Shown in pieces: positions 1 to 9,932 of a DNA stretch of 64,000 bases. The DNA lies in the NCBI GenBank assembly GCA_963819625.1, contig CAWFWY010000018.1, forward strand, positions 172,857 through 236,856. Direction: 5' to 3'. The notes beneath the pieces were generated by a model. It was not told where the DNA came from and made no database searches. It was given only the letters and a program-made list of their open reading frames with translations. The first letter of the stretch is position 1; every line of letters starts with the position of its first letter. Source of the DNA: an uncultured Acidobacteriota bacterium (lineage in GTDB: Bacteria; Acidobacteriota; Terriglobia; Acidiferrales; UBA7541). Both the position numbers and the translations under genes were made by a program.

Positions 1-795
1 GCCCCACAGTGCGAAGGCGCGAATGGAAGCGTGGCGGCTCATCAGCTCGCGCGGATTGATGGTGGTTTCTCCCCGATTGCCGATGACGATCACGCGGCCA
101 TACTTGGCGAGCAGCTTCAAATCCTTGGGCAGATTCACGTTGGCGAGCATTTCGAGAACGATGTCGACGCCGTTTCCGCCGGTGGCTTTGAGAATCTCGT
201 CTTCGTAGCCCGGCTTGGTGTGATTGAAAACGTGGTCCGTGCCTTCGCGCTTGATGAGTTCAAGGCCTGCGTCGCTGCCAGCAGTCCCGTAAATCTTGAG
301 GCCCATGGCGCGGGCCATTTGAATTGCCGCGGTGCCAACGCCGCCGCTGGCTCCATGGACGAGCACGGATTCGCCCGCGCGGGCCTGTGCGGAATGAAAT
401 AGCGCGTGATACGCGGTGCCGTAGGGAACCCAGACTCCCGCGCCTTGCGCGAAAGTGATTTGCTCGGGCAACGGCTCCACCTGATTTTCGAGCGCCAGCG
501 CGTATTCGGCATAAGCGCCGAACGGTATCTGCACGGTGTAAACGCGGTCGCCGGCTTTTACTTTGGTGACGCCCGGGCCGACGGATTCGACCACGCCCGC
601 GGCATCGGAACCGGGAGTGTAGGGTAGCGGCGGCTTGATCGGATAAGTGCCCGCGCGCATGTAGGTCTCGTAGGGATTTACGCCCGCGGCGCGCACGTGC
701 ACCAGCACCTGGCCGGCGGCCGGCGTGGGTATGGGGACTTCTTCCAGTTTCAAAACTTCCGGCTCACCGAATTGCGCGACCCGAATAGCTCTCAT
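1..795 (-). CDS. NADPH:quinone oxidoreductase (zeta-crystallin/Qor family), 3' end truncated by window edge
   Basis: Not in the ORF track. Manual minus-strand translation from ATG at 795 gives MRAIRVAQFGEPEVLKLEEVPIPTPAAGQVLVHVRAAGVNPYETYMRAGTYP..PYTPGSDAAG, the typical Qor N-terminus. Confidence 0.9.
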   Translation of the reverse strand, partial: MRAIRVAQFGEPEVLKLEEVPIPTPAAGQVLVHVRAAGVNPYETYMRAGTYPIKPPLPYTPGSDAAGVVESVGPGVTKVKAGDRVYTVQIPFGAYAEYALALENQVEPLPEQITFAQGAGVWVPYGTAYHALFHSAQARAGESVLVHGASGGVGTAAIQMARAMGLKIYGTAGSDAGLELIKREGTDHVFNHTKPGYEDEILKATGGNGVDIVLEMLANVNLPKDLKLLAKYGRVIVIGNRGETTINPRELMSRHASIRAFALWG

Positions 796-830
796 GATTC
801 CCTCCAGATTTTTGCCAGAAATAAATTGCG

Positions 831-1991
831 CTAGAAATGTTCTTCATCGACGATGGTGCGGACGTTTTTTCCATCGATCAATCCCGACTGCAATGCCCAC
901 GCGGTGGTCTGCCAGTTGTCTTTGCCCTTTTTCTGCGGAATCCATGGCGGCAAGGACTGCTTCAGATACTCGGCCAGCCCAAAAATATAAGGCTCATACA
1001 TTCCGCGCAGCTCGGTGAGCTGGCGGTCGGCGGCTTCAGTGTTGAGCATTTTCATGCCCTTGGCCGCGAGCGTGGTGCGAATGCGGAGCAGGTCCGCGCT
1101 GGGAAGGCGGTCTTCGATTAGCGTCTTGGGCTTGGTGCCGAAAATCTGCGAGAGGTCCACGACCGCGTGACGCGCGATGGCGAAAGTGAGCTCGGCCTGG
1201 CGTTCGCACGCGCCTTCGATACCGGTTTTGACCAGCGCGCAGGTATCGAGAATGGCGGTGAGCGAAGCGATCCACGATTGATTGTCGTGTTGCGAGCGGA
1301 AGTAAGCCAGCACCGGGTAAGAGAGGTGGCTTTCCATTAATTCGGCGCACCACAGTTCCCATTCTTTCAGCAGGTCGCGCAAGGCGTCTGCGCCCTGCGG
1401 ATAACTGTGGCGGCGGAGAAGTTCGCCTGCAGTGGGCGGAGTTCCGGCGCGGGCGTCGAGCAGAGTGATGTTCACTTCGCGCTTGGAGAACGAACTGTAA
1501 ATAAATGGAAGATAGCCAACGATGACCGCGAGAAATCCGTATCCCAGGCCGGACTCGGCGATCAGCAATGTGCGAGAGAAGGTAGTGCGCGGAACGACGT
1601 CGCCGATTCCCAGGGTGAAAAATGTGGTGGCGCTGAGATACACATCCAGCGGAAAGCCGGCGCCGCCTTCGTGCACGCTGACGGCAGAGCCGGCGCCGTA
1701 TTGCATCATGGCGAAACCCATCACCAGGCCGAAAGCCCAGATGGCGATGAGCAGCAGGAGCGATATCGGTCCGTAACCACCGAGGAGCGCTTCGCGCAAT
1801 TTGCGGCCGGAAACTTTTCCGACGACAAGTGTCCAGATGGCCCAGGTGCTGCGATAGAAAAATCGCGTGACGCGAACTTTGCGGGTGACGCGGCGCGGAA
1901 GAATGATGGCTTCGAACGCTTCCAGCAGAATCACAAGAGCAAGCGCGAGGCCGGCTGCAAACGCGACGGGATTGGGAATCAGGTGCGGCAT
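831..1991 (-). CDS. Potassium channel family membrane protein (Ion_trans_2-like)
   Basis: Several TM segments; pore helix and filter-like motif YLSATTFFTLGIGD. Confidence 0.85.
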   Translation of the reverse strand: MPHLIPNPVAFAAGLALALVILLEAFEAIILPRRVTRKVRVTRFFYRSTWAIWTLVVGKVSGRKLREALLGGYGPISLLLLIAIWAFGLVMGFAMMQYGAGSAVSVHEGGAGFPLDVYLSATTFFTLGIGDVVPRTTFSRTLLIAESGLGYGFLAVIVGYLPFIYSSFSKREVNITLLDARAGTPPTAGELLRRHSYPQGADALRDLLKEWELWCAELMESHLSYPVLAYFRSQHDNQSWIASLTAILDTCALVKTGIEGACERQAELTFAIARHAVVDLSQIFGTKPKTLIEDRLPSADLLRIRTTLAAKGMKMLNTEAADRQLTELRGMYEPYIFGLAEYLKQSLPPWIPQKKGKDNWQTTAWALQSGLIDGKNVRTIVDEEHF

Positions 1992-2054
1992 TTTTTAAGA
2001 TGATGGATTTCTAAGATGACGCGCGCGCGATGAAATCGGCCTGCGCGCGGACAT

Positions 2055-2480
2055 TTACGCCACCAGTTTCGCGCTCACGGTGATTTCGGTTTTGAAAAGC
2101 TTCGAAACGGGGCAACCGGTTTCGGCGTTCTTGACGGCTTCGTCGAATTTGGCTTGGTCGGCTCCGGCAATGTGCGCGACGAGGTCGAGATGGCTTTTGC
2201 TGATGGAAAAACCTTCGCCGTTTTTGGCCAAGGTGACGGTTGCAGTGGTTTCCAGTTTTTGCGCGGTGATGCCGGCTTTGCCCAGCTGGCCGGAAAGTGC
2301 CATGGTGAAACATCCAGCGTGCGCGGCGGCCAGCAACTCTTCCGGATTTGTGCCTGCGCCATTTTCAAAGCGCGCGCTGAAAGAATACTGAGTTTCTTTT
2401 AATACTCCGCTGGCGGTGGAAAGAGTGCCTTTGCCGTCTTTGAGGCCGCCGCTCCATACTGCCGATGCTTTGCGATCCAT
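2055..2480 (-). CDS. osmC: OsmC family peroxiredoxin
   Basis: GTNPEELLAAAHAGCF and CPVSK motifs; AAGGAG RBS upstream. Confidence 0.95.
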   Translation of the reverse strand: MDRKASAVWSGGLKDGKGTLSTASGVLKETQYSFSARFENGAGTNPEELLAAAHAGCFTMALSGQLGKAGITAQKLETTATVTLAKNGEGFSISKSHLDLVAHIAGADQAKFDEAVKNAETGCPVSKLFKTEITVSAKLVA

Positions 2481-2593
2481 GAATTGCTCCTTTTCGATTG
2501 TACTGCGAGGCTGAGTCTAGGGATTCGATTCTGCCTGATTGAGGAAGGGTATATTGGGCGCATGAGGATGTCGAGGCTCGGGGTGGCGCGCGA

Positions 2594-3343
2594 ATGGATG
2601 AAATTCTGAAGCATACGAAGCACCGGCCGTGGCCGCTGTCGCGCGGGCCGTGGATCATGAAACAGGTGTGGCACGATTTGCTTTTTGCGCACTGGCCGGT
2701 GGCGGTGGAAGTTGTGCGTGCGCTGATTCCGGCGCAGCTTGAAATCGATACGTTTGGCGGGGAAGCGTGGCTCGGTGTGGTGCCGTTTCGCATGTCGGGC
2801 GTGCGTGCGCGCGGCACGATGGCGATGCCGGGGCTTTCTCGTTTTCCGGAATTGAATGTGCGGACGTATGTGGTGCGCGACGGAAAACCGGGAGTGTGGT
2901 TTTTTAGTTTGGATGCCGCGAACCGGCTTGCTGTTTGGGCTGCGCGCTTTGCTTTTCACCTGCCGTATTTCTTGGCGGCGATGAACTGCGAGGAAAATTC
3001 CGGGTGGATTGAGTATGGAAGCGAGCGTGCGCGGCGTGAAGGATCAGCGGCTGTGCTGACGGGGCGATACCGGGCTATTGGTGAAGCTTTTGAGGCGCGG
3101 CCTGGAAGTATCGTCCATTTCCTGACGGAGCGGTATTGCTTGTACACGACGGACGGGAAGAGGCGGATTCTGCGCTGCGAAATCCATCATCGTGCGTGGC
3201 CCTTGCAGTTGGCGGAGGCGTCGTTTCAGGAAAACACTATGGCTGCAGCGGCGGGAATTGCGATCTCTGCCGCGCCTGCGGAATTGCTGCACTTTTCGCG
3301 GCGGCAGGATGTGCTGGTGTGGGCGGCCGAGCGGCTGGAGTGA
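2594..3343 (+). CDS. YqjF/DUF2071 family protein
   Basis: HRPWP..MKQVWHDLLFAHW, FPELNVRTYV, GVWFFSLDA and FLTERYCLY motifs. Confidence 0.9.
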   Translation: MDEILKHTKHRPWPLSRGPWIMKQVWHDLLFAHWPVAVEVVRALIPAQLEIDTFGGEAWLGVVPFRMSGVRARGTMAMPGLSRFPELNVRTYVVRDGKPGVWFFSLDAANRLAVWAARFAFHLPYFLAAMNCEENSGWIEYGSERARREGSAAVLTGRYRAIGEAFEARPGSIVHFLTERYCLYTTDGKRRILRCEIHHRAWPLQLAEASFQENTMAAAAGIAISAAPAELLHFSRRQDVLVWAAERLE

Positions 3344-3390
3344 TGGTGTGAGTAACGACAATGCTGTTACGGCTTGCTAAGTGAAAAACG

Positions 3391-3440
3391 AAAGCAGGTC
3401 CCTCACCCGCCTGGAAAGGCGGCGGGATTCGGGATGACAA
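3391..3440. repeat. REP-like palindromic repeat, same family as the GIY-YIG flanks
   Basis: AAAGCAGGTCCCTCACCCGC-loop-GCGGGATTCGGGATGACAA matches 8779-8836 and the reverse complement of 8425-8470. Confidence 0.8.
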
Positions 3441-3525
3441 GTCTGCGTTGGTCGGGTAAGTGATTGCCAAGATCATGTGATGGACGCCGCGGCTGAAATG
3501 CAATGCCGGGGCGTGTCTCTCTCCA

Positions 3526-3855
3526 CTACCACTTGTGAAAGATGAAGAAGGAGCCGGCGGCTACCAGGCTGAAGCCTACGGCGTAGTTCCATTTGAATTT
3601 GTCGCCGAGATACCAGACCGAAAATACGGAAAAGACGACCAGCGTGATGATTTCCTGGATGGTTTTCAGTTGCGCGGAGGTGAACTCGTAGGAGCCGATG
3701 CGGTTGGCGGGCACCTGGAAGCAGTATTCGAAAAAGGCGATGCCCCAGCTAGCGAGAATCACTTTCCAGAGCGCCTCGCTGCGATATTTCAGGTGGCCGT
3801 ACCACGCGAAGGTCATGAAGATATTTGAGATGGTCAGTAGAAGGATGGTTCGCAT
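3526..3855 (-). CDS. DMT family small membrane protein (DUF486-like)
   Basis: SNIFMTFAWYGHLK..SWGIAFFEYCFQVPANRIG..QLKTIQE; likely start is the ATG at 3855, not the longer ORF start. Confidence 0.9.
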   Translation of the reverse strand: MRTILLLTISNIFMTFAWYGHLKYRSEALWKVILASWGIAFFEYCFQVPANRIGSYEFTSAQLKTIQEIITLVVFSVFSVWYLGDKFKWNYAVGFSLVAAGSFFIFHKW

Positions 3856-3982
3856 GGCGGCTGGTGTCCTCGCTGGGAAGGTTAATTCGGGAGGAGCTTG
3901 CGACAAATACAGATTTTCAGGGATGCGCTCGGACAGCAGAAGACGGGGGGTCAAACCCCAAGGCTTGCGCGATCAATCGAAG

Positions 3983-4065
3983 AGAGATTCCTCGACTGCG
4001 CAAGCTGACAACTTCGCAGGAGCGAAGTTGGGGAAGAAGCTTCGGCTTGCTCCGCTCGGAATGGC
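3983..4065. repeat. Longer REP-like nested palindrome
   Basis: AGATTCCTCG...CGCTCGGAATGGC ends, with internal stems GCAAGCTGA/TCGGCTTGC and CAACTTCGC/GCGAAGTTG. Confidence 0.65.
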
Positions 4066-4218
4066 CGATCTGGGCTTTTTTTGCTGGGATGGTTGCCAAG
4101 ATCATGGGCAAGAAACCCATGTGCAACTGCGGCACATGGGGCACCCGGTGCGCGGCGAAGCTTGATCGTCGATCAAGTGCGATCGCCCGTCAGATAGGCA
4201 GAGAATAGAGAAATATTT

Positions 4219-5380
4219 TTAGATGTTGAGGGTGAGAGAGACGAGGTCGGGGCGCGTGGGTGGGGGTAGCGGCGGCATTTTGGAGCGGTCGACGGGACTG
4301 TAGAGCGTGTCGCGCTCGACGGGGACGCGGCCTGCGTCGCGGATCAGGCGCTCGAGTTCGGCGCGCGAAGTAAATTCGGAGGTGGTGGCTCCGGCGTCGT
4401 GGTAAATCTTTTCTTCCACCACTGTGCCGTCGAGGTCGTCGGCGCCGAAGCGCAGCGCGATTTGGGCGATGCCCGGCGTGAGCATGATCCAGTAGGCCTT
4501 GATGTGCGAAAATTATCGAGCAGCAGGCGCGACACGGCGATATTGGCAGGTCGGCGTAGCCGGTGGGCTTGGGAAGGTGCGCCAGCGCCGGTGTTGTCGG
4601 GGTGAAACGCCAGCGGGATGAAAGTGACGAAGCCGTGCGTCTCGTCCTGCAGCTCGCGCAGTTTTAGCAAGTGGTCGACGCGCTCCTCTTCGGTTTCCAC
4701 GTGGCCGTAGAGCATGGTGGCGTTGGAACGCAGCCCAATTTCGTGGGCCTGGCGCGCGATGTTGAGCCACTGCTGTCCGCTGACTTTGTGATCGCAGATA
4801 ATTTTTCGCACGCGCGGATTGAAAAATTTCCGCGCCGCCGCCGGGCAGTGAATCCACGCCGGCGTCTTTCAGTGCTTTGCAGCGTTTCGCTTGATGGAGA
4901 GCTTGGCGATGCGCGCGAAGTAGCCGACCTCGACCATGGTGAAGGCTTTCAGGTGCACGGTGGGGCAGCGCTGCTTGAGGCCGCGCATCATGTCCAGAAA
5001 ATATTCGAAGGGCAGGTCGGGATGCAGGCCGCCGACCATGTGGAATTCGGTGGCGCCTTCGCGCACGCCCTGCTCGGCGCGCTGATAAATTTCTTCGAGG
5101 GCGAAAGTGTACGCGCCGGGTGCGTTGGGATCGCGTCCAAAGGCGCACAGCTTGCAGTGCGCGACGCAGACGTTGGTGGGATTGATGTGGCGATTTACGT
5201 TGAAATAGGTAGACGTTGCCGTGGCGCTTTTCACGTACGTGATTGGCGAGCCAGCCGATGGCCAGCAGATCGGGCGAGCGATAGAGGAGCGACGCCGTCT
5301 TCGGCGAGCAGGCGCTCGCCGGCGAGAACTTTCGCGGCGATGGGTTTCAAGCGCTGGTCGGTGATGACTAGCTCTGCCAC
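4219..5380 (-). CDS. mqnE: Aminofutalosine synthase MqnE (radical SAM), broken by several indels
   Basis: ORF pieces 4869-5234 (TNVCVAHCKLCAF, CxxxCxxC), 4344-4811 (SNATMLYGHVE, FIPLAFHP) and 4219-4485 (FGADDLDGTVVEEKIYHDAG) join into one protein; GTG start at 5380. Confidence 0.85.
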
Positions 5381-5447
5381 GTTTTTAGTTTAGCCCTTTG
5401 CCGGCGCGTGCTGTGCGCGGCGTTTGTTTCAATCTTTTCGAGCGATT

Positions 5448-6366
5448 TCAAACGCGCCAGAGAGCCACCGCCGCACCCCAGAATAACAGGAACAACATAC
5501 TAATATAACCGTTCACGCGAAAAACGCAGCATCGAGCTTGCTGAGGTCGTCGGCTTTCACGAGCGAATGTTCGTAAGCGAGCAGCGCGGCGACTACCACG
5601 ATGCCGACCCACGCGGGCCACGGGCAGCGCGAAACTGGCGGCCAGCGCGCCCAACAGCAATCACCACGCAAACATGCATCACGCGCGCGATGGCCAGAGA
5701 TTTGGCCACGCCGAAACGTTTGGGAATGGAAAAAAGCCCGGCGCGGCGGTCGTAGTCGAGGTCCTGGCAAGCGTAGAGGACGTCGAAGCCGCCAACCCAC
5801 AGGGTGACCGCGCGCGCAGAGAATCAGCATGCGCGGGTCGAAGCCGCCGGTGACGGCGATCCACGCGGCCGCGGGAGAAATGCCCAGGCGAAGCCGAGAA
5901 AAAGATGCGACCAGGTGGTGAACCGCTTGGTGAAAGAATAAAAAAACAGGATGGCCAGGGCCAGCGACGCGAGCTTGAGCGCCAGCGGATTCAGTTGCCA
6001 CGCGGCGAGGAAAAAAACTGCTACGGCAGATCAGTGTGAAGGTCCACGCGAAGGAAACGGAGAGCGAGCCGGTGGCGAGAGCACGCTGGCGGGTGCGCGG
6101 ATTTTCGCGGTCGTAGCGCAGGTCGACGATGCGGTTGATGGTCATGGCGGCCGAACGCGCCGCCGACCATGGCGACGACGATCCACGCCAGTTGGCGCAG
6201 CGTGGGCCAGCCGCGATGCGTGGCGCGTGCGCGCGAGCAACGCTCCTGTAAGCGCAAAGGGCAGCGCGAACACGGAGTGCTCGAACTTGATCATTTCGAG
6301 GAGGATGCGGATGCGGCTGGGCTTTTTTATTTGCGGCGCGGGAGCCGATGCGAGGTCGGTGGCCAC
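5448..6366 (-). CDS. UbiA-like polyprenyltransferase (MqnP-like), broken by indels
   Basis: Pieces [30 protein letters not shown] and [19 protein letters not shown]; lies between ubiX and mqnE. Confidence 0.85.
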
Positions 6367-6367
6367 T

Positions 6368-7009
6368 TCAGACCTCGGCCTTTTTCGCTGATGGTGAAAC
6401 AGTCCCGCTCCAGCGATACATTTTTTCTTGCGCCAGGCCGATTTGCGCGAGGACGCGGCAGACGTATTGCGTGACAAGATCGTCGATGGTTTGCGGGTGA
6501 TGATAGAACGCCGGGATGGCCGGCATGATCACCGCTCCCGCCTGTTGCGCGCGCAGCATGTTGCGCAGATGAATGCGATTGAAAGGCGTGTCGCGCACGC
6601 ACAGCACCAGCTTGCGATTTTCCTTGAGCATCACGTCGGCGGAGCGCGCCACCAGATCGTCGCTCATGCCGTTGGCGATGGCTGCGAGCGTGCCCATGGA
6701 GCAGGGAATCACCAGCATGGAGTGGACTTCGTAGCTGCCGGAAGCGATGGAGGCGCCGATGTCTTTGTTGGGGAGCACTTCAATTTTTGCGGGCGTGCGG
6801 CCTAGCACGCGTGCCGGAAGCTGCTTGATGTCGCCGGAAGAGATGTTCAGTTCTTCGGCGAAGAGGCGCTGGCCCGTTTCGGTGATGACCAGGTGGATTT
6901 TTTCAACGCGCGGGTCGGCTTCCAGAAGCGCGAGCACTTTTTGCGCCAGGATAGCGCCGCTGGCCCCGGTCACACCTACGGTTACGATTTGTTTTTCGTC
7001 GTGGGTCAT
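6368..7009 (-). CDS. ubiX: Flavin prenyltransferase UbiX
   Basis: VGVTGASGA, IASGSY, PCSMGTLAAIANG, RDTPF and PAFYHHPQT motifs. Confidence 0.95.
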   Translation of the reverse strand: MTHDEKQIVTVGVTGASGAILAQKVLALLEADPRVEKIHLVITETGQRLFAEELNISSGDIKQLPARVLGRTPAKIEVLPNKDIGASIASGSYEVHSMLVIPCSMGTLAAIANGMSDDLVARSADVMLKENRKLVLCVRDTPFNRIHLRNMLRAQQAGAVIMPAIPAFYHHPQTIDDLVTQYVCRVLAQIGLAQEKMYRWSGTVSPSAKKAEV

Positions 7010-7141
7010 CGGTGATTCGGCAATTTGCGGGTGCATTCAGTGTCGCAACGCGGTTCGGGCAAGTCAAGATTGGGGCAAGGTTCGCGGGGTGGTTCAATCG
7101 TGGCGACGGTATACTCTAATTCCGGCCCGGAGGAGAGGATT

Positions 7142-7546
7142 ATGAGCACCACAGCGGGTAGCGCGATGAGTGGCACACAGCCGATGGAAGCGGTGATGGA
7201 GTTCATCAAACGAATCAATGCCGGACACGTGGATGCGTTGTGTGAACTGATGACCGAGGACCACGTTTTTCAGGACGCGCTGGGCAAGCGTTTCATGGGG
7301 CGCGAGACCCTGCGTGCGGGATGGAAGTCCTACTACGCGCAGGTTTCGGATTACAAAATTCGCGCCGAGGAATTTTTTCAGGATAAGAATAAGGTGGCGG
7401 TATTTGGCACGGCCAGCGGCACCAGCAAGCGCGATGGGAAGTTTTCGAGCGATGGATTCTGGGAAATTCCGGCGGCGTGGAAAGCCACCGTGCGCGATGG
7501 ATTGATCGCGGAATGGTGCGTGTATGCGGAATCGTCGCGGGCGTGA
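7142..7546 (+). CDS. SnoaL-like / NTF2 family protein
   Basis: FIKRINAGHVDALCELMTEDHVFQD...WEIPAAWKATVRDGLIAEW; AGGAGAGG RBS before the ATG at 7142. Confidence 0.8.
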   Translation: MSTTAGSAMSGTQPMEAVMEFIKRINAGHVDALCELMTEDHVFQDALGKRFMGRETLRAGWKSYYAQVSDYKIRAEEFFQDKNKVAVFGTASGTSKRDGKFSSDGFWEIPAAWKATVRDGLIAEWCVYAESSRA

Positions 7547-7589
7547 ATTTATTTGTTGCAACCAGTTTCAGTGAAGCGACTCCCTCACT

Positions 7590-8357
7590 ATGACTGAATC
7601 TGAATTATTGAAATTGCTCGATGCGGTGCGTTCGGGGAAGCTGGCGCCGGCGAGCGCGCTCGCGCAATTGAAAAATCTGCCGTTTGAAGACCTGGATTTC
7701 GCGAAAGTGGATCATCACCGCGCGCTGCGGCAGGGATTCGCGGAAGTGGTGTTTGGCAAAGGCAAAACAGCCGGGCAGGTGGCCGAAATTGTGAAGGCGC
7801 TGCTCGGACGAAAGCCCGGGCGGCAGAACGTGCTGGTGACGCGCGCCGAAGCGAAAATGTTTGTCGCGGTGAAGCACGCCGCGGGGCGCGACAAAGGCGC
7901 CGCGAAATTTCATCCACTGTCGGGCGCGATCACTATCGAGCGCAACCATGAAATTGTGGGCAAGGGCACGATCGTGGTGGTGTCCGCGGGGACGAGCGAC
8001 ATTCCCGTGGCGGAAGAAGCGTTGCTGACCGCGCGGCTGATGGGCAATCGCGTGGAGCATCTTTACGACGTGGGCGTCGCGGGGATTCACCGGCTGCTGA
8101 AGCGCAGCGAAGAATTGATGAAGGCGCGCGTGATTATTTGCGTTGCGGGAATGGAAGGGGCGCTGCCCAGCGTGGTTGGCGGGCTGGTGGCGGTTCCGGT
8201 GATCGCCGTGCCGACCAGCGTGGGTTATGGCGCGAGTTTTGGCGGAGTCGCGGCGCTGCTGGGGATGCTGAACAGTTGCGCGTCGAATGTGACGGTGGTG
8301 AATATTGATAATGGGTTTGGAGCGGGAAGAGTGGCGTCGTGCATTAATCGCTTGTGA
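7590..8357 (+). CDS. larB: Nickel-pincer cofactor biosynthesis protein LarB (PurE-like)
   Basis: [49 protein letters not shown] and MLNSCA motifs. Confidence 0.93.
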   Translation: MTESELLKLLDAVRSGKLAPASALAQLKNLPFEDLDFAKVDHHRALRQGFAEVVFGKGKTAGQVAEIVKALLGRKPGRQNVLVTRAEAKMFVAVKHAAGRDKGAAKFHPLSGAITIERNHEIVGKGTIVVVSAGTSDIPVAEEALLTARLMGNRVEHLYDVGVAGIHRLLKRSEELMKARVIICVAGMEGALPSVVGGLVAVPVIAVPTSVGYGASFGGVAALLGMLNSCASNVTVVNIDNGFGAGRVASCINRL

Positions 8358-8424
8358 GAGATTCGGACCGAGAGGTAGTTTTTTAAAGAAGCGTCCGCCA
8401 TTTCAAAAGAAGCATCCACTATAG

Positions 8425-8836
8425 GTTGTCATTCCGAACCCGCTGTCTTTTAGCGGGTGAGGAACCGGCTGTTCGACAATTTGATGAGTAAGACCTTCTA
8501 CGTTTGCACGCTCTCCAGCCGTTCTCGAACGCTTTATACCGGTGTAACCAACGATCTCGAACGCCGCGTGATCGAACATCGGCAAAGGACTGGTCTCGGG
8601 CTTCACCAAGAAATACAAAATTTTCCGTTTGGTCCATTTTGAAATGTTCGTGGACATTGCCGTGGTGATTGCTCGGGAGAAGGAAATCAAAGGTTGACGG
8701 CTCGAGAAGAAAATCCGCCTAATTGAAAGCAAAGACCCAACCTGGATGGATCTCGCTGCATACCTCCCAGAAAATGCAAAAGCAGGTCCCGAACCCCATT
8801 CGCGAAAAACGCGCGAATAGGGTTCGGGATGACAAC
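8425..8836. mobile_element. GIY-YIG gene bracketed by inverted REP-like repeats
   Basis: Ends GTTGTCATTCCGAACCC (8425-8441) and GGGTTCGGGATGACAAC (8820-8836) are 16/17 inverted matches; each is part of a larger hairpin. Confidence 0.65.
8484..8820 (+). pseudogene. Small GIY-YIG nuclease, with a frameshift and a nonsense codon
   Basis: MSKTFYVCTLSSRSRTLYTGVTNDLERRVIEH, a shift near 8585 to GFTKKYKIFRLVHFE..AREKEIKG*RLEKKIRLIE; TGA at 8695-8697 replaces the conserved Trp. Confidence 0.85.
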
Positions 8837-8906
8837 TTACTCTCGCGCAATAGTTGGCTATCGGGTGTACGCCTCATCCACTTCATTCCTCATCGCCAGC
8901 AACCAA

Positions 8907-9914
8907 TCAATCGGGCTTTAGAAGGACTTTCATTACGCCGGGGTGCTGCGCGTAGTGGATGGCGGCGGGGGCTTGGCTGAGGGGGAAGGTGCGGGTGATG
9001 AGCGGGCGGGGATCGACTTTGCCGCTGCGCAGCAGGGCGATGGCTTTGGCGAAGGGGCCGCAGCGGGAGCCGATCAGGATGATTTCTTTGACAACCAGCG
9101 GCCAGGTTTCTACCGGGGCTGCGCCGTGAAATGTGGATTTCAGGATTAGCGTGCCGCGGGGCTCGGCCATGTGTTGCGCGAGTGCGAGGCCGGAGGGGGA
9201 GCCGGTCGCTTCGATGACCAGCGCGAAATTTTCTTTGACGCGGGTGAGGTCGGAAGCATCGCCGCGAACTTTGCGTGTTTCGATTTTGACTGATGCGGCG
9301 AGTCTTAATTTGTCCTGATGCTTTCCATACATTACGACGCGAGGTAGCGCGGTTCGCAGGACGCGAGCGATTAATTGCGCGAGTTTGCCGTCGCCGAGGA
9401 CGGCAGCGGCGCGAAATTGCTTGATGTTGACCTGCTGGAGGATCTCGCAGGCGGCGGCGAGGGGCTCGACGAAGACGGCTTGCTCATCGGTGACGGAATC
9501 GGGAACTGCGTGAAGGTTTTCGAGTGGCAGCGCGAGGTGTTCGGCGAAGGCGCCGTCGTGATTGACGATGCCGAGGACAGTGCGGCGCGCGCAATGCGTT
9601 TTCAGGCCGCGGTGACAAAAAGCGCACTCAGGGCGAAAGCCATACGCAGAACAGGAAACATTGATTTCGCCGGTGACGCGTTTGCCGAGCCATTTGGTTT
9701 TTTCTTCGGCGAATACACCGCTTAGAGCGGCGACTTCGCCGACGAATTCGTGGCCGGGAACGCCGCGAAACGCGTGGTAGCCGCGCAGAATCTCCACGTC
9801 GGTGTTGCAGATTCCGGCAAGGCACACTTTGACGAGCGCCCAGCGCGGGCGCAAATGCGGAAGCGGCTTTTTTGCCGCGACAAGTTGATGATTTCGGACC
9901 GTGAACGCGAGCAT
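8907..9914 (-). CDS. Zinc-dependent alcohol dehydrogenase (MDR family)
   Basis: GICNTD, GHEFVG, structural Cys cluster and GDGKLA Rossmann motif. Confidence 0.92.
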   Translation of the reverse strand: MLAFTVRNHQLVAAKKPLPHLRPRWALVKVCLAGICNTDVEILRGYHAFRGVPGHEFVGEVAALSGVFAEEKTKWLGKRVTGEINVSCSAYGFRPECAFCHRGLKTHCARRTVLGIVNHDGAFAEHLALPLENLHAVPDSVTDEQAVFVEPLAAACEILQQVNIKQFRAAAVLGDGKLAQLIARVLRTALPRVVMYGKHQDKLRLAASVKIETRKVRGDASDLTRVKENFALVIEATGSPSGLALAQHMAEPRGTLILKSTFHGAAPVETWPLVVKEIILIGSRCGPFAKAIALLRSGKVDPRPLITRTFPLSQAPAAIHYAQHPGVMKVLLKPD

Positions 9915-9932
9915 GAAATGTTTTTTTGCGCT

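Noticed and set aside
8695-8697. In-frame TGA in the GIY-YIG gene near selA, read as selenocysteine
   Set aside because: It aligns with a conserved Trp (TGG to TGA) rather than a Cys, and the gene also carries a frameshift.
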